Part shown: positions 17,534 through 26,100 of the stretch, piece by piece | How positions within the stretch are numbered: position 1 is the first letter of the stretch | Layout of the letters: the number at the start of each line of letters is the position of its first letter | Virus record (IMG/VR): IMGVR_UViG_3300032675_000001 | Span: 62,001 to 126,000 of that record | Length of the DNA stretch: 64,000 bases | Reading direction: 5' to 3' (one strand) | Translations under genes and position numbers: made by a program | Notes under the pieces: generated by a model | Told to the model about the DNA's origin: nothing | The model's input: only the letters and a program-made list of their open reading frames with translations | Databases searched by the model: none

Positions 17534-18658
17534 TTAGTCTCTATCAAGTCCCACATACTCATGAGAAAAGCAAACACGCTTGATGTGCTTATCTTTATGG
17601 TTCTTTTCCTTGACGGCGCGGTTGGTTATATAATCTTTTCTACCCTTACCGTTCTTTGACGTTCCTCTCCACCGTGGGGAAGAGTTTCTGTATTCACCCA
17701 AACGTGGATGTGCAGTTTTAGAAAAAAACCTACAACCTCTTGCTAAGAAGATTTCACCAATCGCATCACTTAAACGGGTTCCAAATCCAAGACCCTGATA
17801 CTCTGGTAGAATAACGGTTCTATGACCTCTCCATGCATTCTTGAAGTTGCCATTTGGAAATGGAAGAGCAGCAGAAAATCCTACTATTTCACCATCCCAA
17901 ATAGCTAACCAGCATTGTGCAGTTCTATTAAGGTTTCCGTCAAGATAGTGATGGTGGCGGAAGATTGGCCAAACTTCGGTTGAACAAGGTATGATTTCCA
18001 GTTTGATTTCAGGTCTTGGCCGAAGTGACCCCCTTCCGGTCATCTGACCGGTCATAGTGTCATATACCCAATCGGGCTGTAACCATTCAATCACATCATA
18101 ATGGCATGTTGCGAGAACAATGTTCTTTAGGTTATGTTTGTCAACATATCTACGAATGGCAACAGAACACGATTTAGCTACATTCCTGTCAATAACAGAT
18201 GTGAACTCATCAAATACCATACCTGACACCAATGACCTTGCGAGATTAGCGCGAAACTGTTCTCCATTTGAAAGAACATGATATGGCCTGAGCCAAGATG
18301 GAATGGTGTTTAATCCCACAGCAGACAGTCGTTCTGCAGCTTGATCTGCCGATTCAAAGTGTGAGCAGATTGCTTTAGTTTCATCCCATTCAGGTTGTTC
18401 AGTAGAACCAAACGATTTCAGCAGAGATGACTTACCTGATCCAGATGGACCAACAATCAACCCGATACCATAATCTTCCGGAATACTTGGAACATTTGGA
18501 ACAGTAAATGTGGTAGTCCCGTTGAACTCATAGTCAAACATAGATGATACTGCTTTAGTGATATCATCTTGAAATACAGATACCGATATATCTCTACTCG
18601 GTATCTTATCGTTCTCAAACTCAAATAGAGATGCTATACTATCGTGCATATTATTCAT
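17534..18658 (-). CDS. ABC-type ATPase fused to GNAT acetyltransferase
   Basis: GPSGSGKS, LSNGEQFR, DEFTS and TCHYD; C-terminal R.VILPEYQGLGFG acetyl-CoA motif. Confidence 0.88.
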   Translation of the reverse strand: MNNMHDSIASLFEFENDKIPSRDISVSVFQDDITKAVSSMFDYEFNGTTTFTVPNVPSIPEDYGIGLIVGPSGSGKSSLLKSFGSTEQPEWDETKAICSHFESADQAAERLSAVGLNTIPSWLRPYHVLSNGEQFRANLARSLVSGMVFDEFTSVIDRNVAKSCSVAIRRYVDKHNLKNIVLATCHYDVIEWLQPDWVYDTMTGQMTGRGSLRPRPEIKLEIIPCSTEVWPIFRHHHYLDGNLNRTAQCWLAIWDGEIVGFSAALPFPNGNFKNAWRGHRTVILPEYQGLGFGTRLSDAIGEIFLARGCRFFSKTAHPRLGEYRNSSPRWRGTSKNGKGRKDYITNRAVKEKNHKDKHIKRVCFSHEYVGLDRD

Positions 18659-19001
18659 CTGCTATTTCAAACAGGTCCCCATATGGGTTCTGTTCTTTTT
18701 CGTATTGCTCTTTTGCATTCTGAATACGTGCTTGTGAAATCTTGATATAATCTGGATCAAGATCAATGCCAATATAGTTGAAGCCTTCAAGCATCGCAGC
18801 CTTACCTGTTGAACCAGAACCATTGAATGGATCAAGAACAGTCCCACCCTTTGGTGTTACTAAACGACACAGATACTTCATCAAGTCAGTTGGTTTTACC
18901 GCCTACGTGGGGTGAGTATTTAAATACTCACCCCGAACCTCCTTTACATATATCTTCAACTCATTTGGTAGCGAGTCGAAGTCTTTCTTTGATAATTCCA
19001 T
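18651..19001 (-). CDS. C-terminal fragment of the N6/N4 DNA methyltransferase, with an in-frame TAG at 18903..18905
   Basis: MELSKKDFDSLPNELKIYVKEVRGEYLNTHPT*AVKPTDLMKYLCRLVTPKGGTVLDPFNGSGSTG... carries the SAM-binding DPFxGSG motif that 19712..22267 lacks. Confidence 0.8.
18909..18934. repeat. Perfect 26-bp palindrome
   Basis: GGGGTGAGTATTTAAATACTCACCCC. Confidence 0.95.
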
Positions 19002-19734
19002 TGTTATTTTTCATTTCCTCTATGACTTCATGCTCCCAGAATCTCAAAACAGTAAATCCACATTTCCTCAAATATGCATCTTGTGATTTGTCTAAGTTCA
19101 TTCTTTTTTGCTGCCTAAGGTCCGGAATTCCATTTTTCAATTTTGATGGATGTCCGTGCCAGTAATCACCATCCCATTGAATGATGATTTTTTTATCCGG
19201 TATTAGAACGTCAACTGATATTTTGTCTGCTATTAGTATTTGTTCTTCAAATATAATATCCTCGTTCAATAATATCTGCCTTCCGAGTAACTCTAATTTG
19301 TTTGGTCCTTTTTTTCTATTCTGTGCCATGTTTCCATTAGTAGATGCTCTCCTGATCCATTCTTCATCTGTATTTCTGCATTCTATGGTGCAGTAAGTTG
19401 GGTTATTATCTTTCAGTCGGCTTTTACTCCAATAGAAAGTATTATGACACATTTTACATTCAAATGCAACTTTATTTTTTGCCTGAAAATCATTAGCACA
19501 CTTATGACTGCAGAAATGATTAGCATGTGCCTCTAATGTCGCCAGACTCCTATACACTTGATTACCACACATAGCACATTCAACGATTCGTCCAGTTTTT
19601 CTTTGTGGTTTAGGGCTGGTCCTGCTACAATATGCACTGCAATATTGCCTATTTGCTGGCATATCTGCAGTATGAGGTTTTCCGCATCCCTTACATATTA
19701 TCGTTCTCGTTTTATATTTGTTTTTTCTGTACAT
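18961..19734 (-). mobile_element. Free-standing Vsr/DUF559-like endonuclease with N-terminal zinc-ribbon repeats, inserted in the methyltransferase gene
   Basis: Three CxxC...YCS/FCS/YCT..C units; VD..I...IIIQWDGDYWH and D....D..L...G.TVLRFWE motifs. Confidence 0.85.
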
Positions 19735-22267
19735 TTAATACTCCATTACTTTCGTTTGAAGTATTTATATGTTTTTTGATTTTTTCAATAATATCTGGTG
19801 GCGTATTTTCATCAATCAGATAACGCGAAACTTTATCCAATCCGCTGTTACGATCTGATCTGCTGGCTTTAGCAGCATAATACATTCTCTGAACATTCTC
19901 ATAATCCAGTGTGTCTTCCTCTGTGAATTCACAAGACTTAAAAAATCTTGCTGCTGATCCTGTGTCGCCTCGTTTCGCTGATGGAACTCTTTGATATTCA
20001 CCATAACAGTTGGTATTATCATCTCCTGTATGTGATGGTTCTGTTCCCTTTACATCGCCTTGTTGACCCTTACTTTCAGGAAACAATGCGACAACTTCAT
20101 CACTGCCATCATGAATGATATTAGCGGGGAATCTTCCTTTTAGTTCTGGTCGGTCAAACTCAGTTCTAGGTCTATGATCAGATTTTCTATAGTAACAGTT
20201 TGTGCAAATATCTTGATCTTCTTCTACTGGATTTAGTGTATCAGGAGCATAATCATCGCATCCCATATATTCCGAAGAGCCAGCAAGTGATCCTGACTTC
20301 GCCGTGCATTTTCCTTGCGGCGTTGCACTTAGCTTATCCTCTTCCGACATATAATCAACCCGACAATCATCAATATTGATTCCACCAGTTCCATGCTTTA
20401 GAACATTCTTCGCTACAGTCTTTTCAGATAGTGGCTTCCTAGCAACGCAAATAGGCTCCCACGCTGGCTTCAGTGCCGTGCCCCAGCCATCCCATTGTTT
20501 TGCTTCTTCTGTTGCTGGTGCAGTAACGTCCCAAGTTTCATAAACAGTTGTTCCACCAACAGTTGGCAATGCGGATTTTCCACTAGTGCTTCTAGCTTTA
20601 ATCTGCTGACCAATTACCCTTCGTTCAATATTATTATAAATGCCGGTCAATCTTTCAGAAGTTTCTTCATCCGGATTGAGCACTTCCTTCATGCGTTTCC
20701 ATTTTTCCTGTGGTGGCAACAAATTAACCCATGGGTCAAACTTTTTTCCATCTGCTGGTAGTGTTAGATAGTTACTTGCTCTGAACCCACACTCAGTGTC
20801 AATCTGCTTTCGCGTTTTCCCACTTTTTTTAAATATATTAGTCAGGATATTCTTTAGTTCAATTACTTCTTCATCATCGGCAGGATTTTCCATATGCTTA
20901 TCAATAGCCTTACCGATGTTCATAGACTTAGGAAAGCCAGAGTTTCCAGTAGTGAATGCTTTACCATCCCTTACTGCGACGAATGCGCCAGTAGGAACCT
21001 TAACACACCAAATCTTACCTTCATATTCAATCGGAGTTACAGTTGCCAGAGTGGTTTTATGTCCTTTCCAGCCTCGTATAACTTGTGATCCGAGTTGTTG
21101 GCAAATAACATCAGATTCTCCGCCCGATTGTCCAATGGATCGTGGTTTATATGATGCACTACTTCCGTGCGAGTAAGCATTCTGTTTAAATGCTTCGCTA
21201 CTATTAGACGGTGCTCCATGACATACCCGTCTCTCCTCGCCATAGGCAGGAAGTCCACTGGACAACGAACATACTTCGCTCCTTTGTAGTTTCCATGTGA
21301 GCGACGGTATGTTACTCCACCCTTCCAAGCAGGGTTGGTTTCTCCAGTCATGCGGTCCACCAAATCTTGTTCCGACTTCTCGGACCAGTTGGCTCTCCCC
21401 TTGTGTGCGTGAGCTTTCCATTCTATTCCCCGCAAAACTCCGTTGCATGTTTTTGAACACACAGGAGTTTTCACTCGTTGTAAATGTTTTATATTTCTGT
21501 AGAACGTTATCCCACATACTTGACAAGTATGTTGTTGTTTTCCAATATGTTCGTTTATAGGTGGCGATCCAGTATTGGAACGACCTATTGACTTGTTGGA
21601 ACATTGTTTGCTGCAAGTTTTGTTTCTTATAGCCTGTTCTTTGGTATGAGTCTGATAAGGATTGTTGCAAACCAGACAGGTTTTCCAAAAAGGGTATATT
21701 CTCTTGCGAACTAAGTTCTTCTGCAAAAGCGAATATTTCTCTTCCGCCTCGTTCAACAATGCAACGATGGTTTCGGCTGACGATTTGGTCTGTATGATCA
21801 GATTGTATTCTGTAAGCGGTATCCTTGATGTCATATTCATAAACTTCCTCAACTGGCATATAACTATATGTTTGAGTATATTTATCATAACACAAGACTA
21901 AATCGTTTGGTTTTATTGCTGTGTATGGTTTTATGCCGTTTGGCGTCACAATCTCTGTGTCATCAGATAGACAGCCATAGACCCACCCAATCTGATCGCG
22001 AATATCAAATCCAGCGTCTTCAATCGCTACCACCATTCTATGATATGTGCGAGTACCAGAGAATGCCAACAGGTGTCCGCCTGGCTTCAATACACGCATC
22101 ACCTCTGACCACATCTCAACACTATATGCGATGCCAGAACTGTCCCACGACTTACCCATGAAACCAAGTTCATATGGCGGATCAGTTACCACAGAATCAA
22201 CAGAGTTTTCTTCCATGGTTTTTAATACGTCAACACAGTTGCCGTTATGTAATACAAAGCTACTCAT
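19712..22267 (-). CDS. N6-adenine/N4-cytosine DNA methyltransferase (beta-type motif order), N-terminal fragment, intein-containing
   Basis: DPPY, W.YG|SGFPKS after intein removal, LKPAWEPI..ARKP, GRFPAN, SAARFF and AKASRSDRN motifs. Confidence 0.92.
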   Translation of the reverse strand: MSSFVLHNGNCVDVLKTMEENSVDSVVTDPPYELGFMGKSWDSSGIAYSVEMWSEVMRVLKPGGHLLAFSGTRTYHRMVVAIEDAGFDIRDQIGWVYGCLSDDTEIVTPNGIKPYTAIKPNDLVLCYDKYTQTYSYMPVEEVYEYDIKDTAYRIQSDHTDQIVSRNHRCIVERGGREIFAFAEELSSQENIPFLENLSGLQQSLSDSYQRTGYKKQNLQQTMFQQVNRSFQYWIATYKRTYWKTTTYLSSMWDNVLQKYKTFTTSENSCVFKNMQRSFAGNRMESSRTQGESQLVREVGTRFGGPHDWRNQPCLEGWSNIPSLTWKLQRSEVCSLSSGLPAYGEERRVCHGAPSNSSEAFKQNAYSHGSSASYKPRSIGQSGGESDVICQQLGSQVIRGWKGHKTTLATVTPIEYEGKIWCVKVPTGAFVAVRDGKAFTTGNSGFPKSMNIGKAIDKHMENPADDEEVIELKNILTNIFKKSGKTRKQIDTECGFRASNYLTLPADGKKFDPWVNLLPPQEKWKRMKEVLNPDEETSERLTGIYNNIERRVIGQQIKARSTSGKSALPTVGGTTVYETWDVTAPATEEAKQWDGWGTALKPAWEPICVARKPLSEKTVAKNVLKHGTGGINIDDCRVDYMSEEDKLSATPQGKCTAKSGSLAGSSEYMGCDDYAPDTLNPVEEDQDICTNCYYRKSDHRPRTEFDRPELKGRFPANIIHDGSDEVVALFPESKGQQGDVKGTEPSHTGDDNTNCYGEYQRVPSAKRGDTGSAARFFKSCEFTEEDTLDYENVQRMYYAAKASRSDRNSGLDKVSRYLIDENTPPDIIEKIKKHINTSNESNGVLNVQKKQI
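19732..19769 (-). promoter_or_regulatory. TATAAATA late promoter plus RBS-sequestering hairpin for the Vsr-like endonuclease
   Basis: TATAAATA at 19762..19769. AATACTTCA pairs with TGGAGTATT, which contains the GGAG RBS. Confidence 0.7.
20942..21973 (-). mobile_element. Intein (344 aa) in the DNA methyltransferase
   Basis: Begins CLSDDTEIVT; block B SRNHR; block F/G YEGKIWCVKVPTGAFVAVRDGKAFTTGN followed by Ser. Removal restores YG-SGFPKS. Confidence 0.93.
21037..21840 (-). CDS. HNH homing endonuclease encoded in the +1 frame inside the intein
   Basis: CxxC zinc repeats, NPAWKGG, and GYVMEHRLIVAKHL...EVVHHINHDPLDNRAENL. GAGGA RBS 5 nt before ATG 21840; ATAAATA at 21879..21885. Confidence 0.9.
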   Translation of the reverse strand: MNMTSRIPLTEYNLIIQTKSSAETIVALLNEAEEKYSLLQKNLVRKRIYPFWKTCLVCNNPYQTHTKEQAIRNKTCSKQCSNKSIGRSNTGSPPINEHIGKQQHTCQVCGITFYRNIKHLQRVKTPVCSKTCNGVLRGIEWKAHAHKGRANWSEKSEQDLVDRMTGETNPAWKGGVTYRRSHGNYKGAKYVRCPVDFLPMARRDGYVMEHRLIVAKHLNRMLTRTEVVHHINHDPLDNRAENLMLFANNSDHKLYEAGKDIKPLWQL

Positions 22268-22321
22268 GAAATCATCATTCCTTATAGATGGATGTAATAT
22301 AGCGCAATATGGAGTTAATGT

Positions 22322-22795
22322 CTATTGTTTTGGGCAAACCGATGAGGTTGACATAAGATACCAGCCATCTTTGAACTCACTGCTTATGCTAAAGCCCAAC
22401 TTTGTATAAAAGTCAGGAATATCAGTGGATAAAACCACCTCTTGCCCTTTTGCCTTGCTAAAATATATAGCTTCTCTGGTTATTCGTTTTGCTATTCCTT
22501 GGCCTCTATGGGATTCGGCAACTGCAACCCACGATAGGGCAAAGAAATGTTGAATAGCTAACATGTTCAGTGCAGCGAAACCAACAAGCTCCTCGCCATC
22601 TTCTACGAGGATATAATACTTGGTTGCATTCTGCAGCGAAACCAAAAAGTCAATCTGTTCTAACTTGATCTTTTTCTGTTTCGGGTCTTGTATTAAAATA
22701 GCATCATCTACATGAAAGAATGGATAACATTGATACAGTAATCCAGTTACCTTTTCAATGTTATCCAGTTCTTCAACTATTCTTAGTCGGATCAT
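22322..22795 (-). CDS. GNAT acetyltransferase
   Basis: VAV.ESHRGQGIA and FYTKLGF motifs. Confidence 0.88.
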   Translation of the reverse strand: MIRLRIVEELDNIEKVTGLLYQCYPFFHVDDAILIQDPKQKKIKLEQIDFLVSLQNATKYYILVEDGEELVGFAALNMLAIQHFFALSWVAVAESHRGQGIAKRITREAIYFSKAKGQEVVLSTDIPDFYTKLGFSISSEFKDGWYLMSTSSVCPKQ

Positions 22796-23106
22796 TCGCC
22801 GTAGCAAATGGTCTGACGAGTTACAAAGTTATTATACTGATCGTAAGTATCACGGACTTCACATGTGCCACGGAAATGATCGTAGTAGCGATATGCAATA
22901 ATCGTATGATACACTGGATAAGTAGGTGCAACTACTACCGTGTGTGGCTGAGTTGATTCAACGATGACACCACCGATGATTCCCCCAATAACCAAAGGAG
23001 CAACCCATCTTCCTCCACCACCATGCCAGTGACCGGGGCGAGCGTCCGCCATTGCTGGTGCAGTTAGAAGTGCCAATCCCGCTAATGCTGATACAAGTTT
23101 CTTCAT
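22792..23106 (-). CDS. Exported Gly-rich protein
   Basis: Signal peptide ending AMA/ADA, HGGGG and hydrophobic IGGIIGG. Upstream TTGACA-17nt-TATATT promoter. Confidence 0.7.
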   Translation of the reverse strand: MKKLVSALAGLALLTAPAMADARPGHWHGGGGRWVAPLVIGGIIGGVIVESTQPHTVVVAPTYPVYHTIIAYRYYDHFRGTCEVRDTYDQYNNFVTRQTICYGE

Positions 23107-23166
23107 AGTTTTTCTCCTTACTTGCTAATATATTTACTTTTTGATCAAATGTCAAGAGTTAATGTG

Positions 23167-26100
23167 TTAAAGTTGCTCAAAACGCTCACGAAGCCATGCC
23201 CATTCGTAACTTAGCTTCAGCTTATCAAACTCACCGTTTACATCGTCATAGTATTCATCAGCGTCTAATGCACCCTTGATACTATATTCCGAGAACTCCC
23301 CTTGACCCTTGTTTAACCATGCTTCCAGCCTTTCTCGCGAAATGTCAGTATCATCAGCCTTTAGCTTCAACACTTCACGAAATGCCGTTCTCCACGTGGA
23401 GAATGGATCGGTATTGTACTGTGCAATACCTGATAGCAGTGGCACTACTTCATGTTCATCATCCAACGTAAAGTCAAGCCCATTTCCTACATTAGCTAAT
23501 GTAAGTTTCTTATTGTAACAAATGAGGCCCTGGTGGCCGTATATCAAACCATTTACTGGATTTTTGGCATGGAAAATATAATGCTTCGGAACCTGCATTC
23601 TATCTGGTTGCCAGTTGAAGTCAAACTTTAAACTGACTTTCAGCTTAGCAAATACAGTAAAGCACCATGGAGTGTCACTTGCCTCAACGGCGGCATGATA
23701 CGCGGCTACACGACCATTTACACCATCAACTCTAACAACACGATTCTTCAAGTTTTTGGTTGCTTGAAGTAGATGTTCCCAGTTTTCTTCTGCACCAGTT
23801 TCACCATTGCTCAAATATACAATGTCCAGTGGCCTTGACATCGCAAGTTTAGGTGCACGTTTGATGTAAGGATAGTCATACAGTTCCTTCTTAACGTGAT
23901 CCTTTACTTCCTTGGGAACAGTGATTCGGGTTGCGCCCGTGCTGGTGATAATGATATTCTTGTTCTCTGGTGCCCACAAGCACATAGGCTCAACATCTTG
24001 AACATTGACGCTAGCATTATCTTCCGTAATGATGGTAGCATATGGAAAACCATCAACCTTTTTAATGGCATTAACATGCGTATCATCGCTTGTAACGATG
24101 ATTGGCTCCGGAAGTCTATTGGTCTTGATGGTCCCATTGTAGTTTACCTTATGGTAATCTTCCAACACTTGCATATCGTCAATGATTTCACGAGTCTTGT
24201 TTACGTCAATAAAAAATGTATCGCCAAACTTAAGCTTACCGCTCGGGAAGACATGAAGATGATCACGAGCAAATGGATCAACCGTATATGAGAAATCAAA
24301 GTTGGAATAATCACATACGCTACTGCATATCCAAAGATAATGCTCTTTCTTCTGATGCTGCCTAGAGATAATATTTCTCAACGTGTTAAGATAGCTTTCG
24401 TCATACGGAATAGTGGTTACATGTTTTCCGCTTGCTTTGCTTTTTAATAGTTCAACTACCTTTTCCGTTTCTTTATTACCATGATCAATAACCACAATGT
24501 CATGGACACACTGTGTTGCAGTTGCACGAATGTTCTTGACAAAGTTGAGGTTACTTAGATGCTCAATGATCTTAATCCACTTGGTATCTTCGCCAAATGT
24601 CTCACGGTTAACCAAGAATGTGCTACCCCAATGTGACCACTGAGTTCCGAACACATGGACCATTTTCATCTGCCATGGGTTAGGATAATATTCAAAGTCA
24701 AAATTGGTGTAATCCAGTTCTGAGTTTAGTACCCAAAACAGATCGGTAGTAGATCGGTTGGAACACCGATTTATAGTATCAACCCAAGAGTTAAGATAAC
24801 GTGTCTTTTGTATGTTAGGGTACTTTGCCTTTAACTCGTCAAATCTTGCAAGAGACTCTGGGTTGCCCTTATCAACATAGAACATATCAGACTTTTTGAA
24901 TAACTTAAACAATGTTTTGTCATCAAGCTTTTCATCAACTACCCAATTGATTTCTCTGTGGCCCTTTAACCACATATTGGCATTGATCAAGTATGTCTGT
25001 GTCAACTCACTGTCAGATGATCCAAATGCATGAACATACTCTGCTTGTTCAATGGTCGGTCTCCATGAGAAATCAAAATCAGTGTAATCAAGATCAGAAT
25101 TTAGTGCCCAAAAAATCTCACCATGGTGTTCTTCAACAAGATCACTCAGAGTGGTCTTAACGTAATACCGAGGGTAATCAGAAACCACATTCTCATCAAT
25201 ACTAAGCCATTCCATTTTAACGATTTCACCGTTTGTATTTGGCGAAACATATCGTGGACCATCTTCTGGATTTTCAATGGTTCCAAACTGATAGATATAT
25301 GGAGGAGACAACTCATCAGGATGCCATGAAAAGTCAAACGTGTCAACATTTATTCCATCAGGAATGACCCAGTTTTCTTTTGATGGAAGACGCATTGCCG
25401 TTGGATTCCCAACATAAAAGTTATCTGTTGCGCCCGGAACAATATACATTGGACCACCGGTTTTCTGATGCTGAGTACCGAAGATGTAGATATATGGATC
25501 ATTGGTATCATCAGGATGCCATGAATAATCAAAATCTCCGATTACTGTTGGATCGGTAATGGTCCATTTAGACTTGTCTGGTTTACGAATGGCTTTAATG
25601 ATACGAGTATCAATATACTTTAACGGAGAACTTTCTGTTGCACCCGGAGCAATATATCTTGGACCGCCTGTCTTTTGCCACTGAGTTCCGAACTGATAGA
25701 TATATGGCTGATCGTCCAAATATGGATGCCAAGAGAAATCAAATGCATCAACATCAATCTCATCGGGATTGTATTCCCAGTTGTCTCTATTAGGAAGCAC
25801 TTTGGCAGTTTGACATTCTTCATACTTGACTGCGACACCACCCGGAACAGTATATGTAGGACCACCAGTCAATGCCCACTGTGTAGGGAACTGATAGATA
25901 TAGGGTGGTGCAGTATCATCAGGATGCCAAGAAAAGTCAAAACCTTCCATGTCCACATTATCCGGAATGGTCCAGTTTTTCATGCTTGGATGACGAATGG
26001 CTTTCACATCATCAACATATTTTACTTCAGTGGCATTAGGCATTACATAACGTGGACCGCCTGTCTTCTGCCACTGAGTTCCAAACTGATAGATATATTT

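Noticed and set aside
18903-18905. Genome-wide TAG reassignment
   Set aside because: Other conserved genes are full length under the standard code, and TAG terminates ORFs such as 29829..31052 and 50660..51175.
18900-19770. Group I/II intron explaining the split methyltransferase
   Set aside because: The endonuclease ORF overlaps or nearly abuts both halves, leaving under 60 nt, and no P7 or domain V-like sequence was seen.
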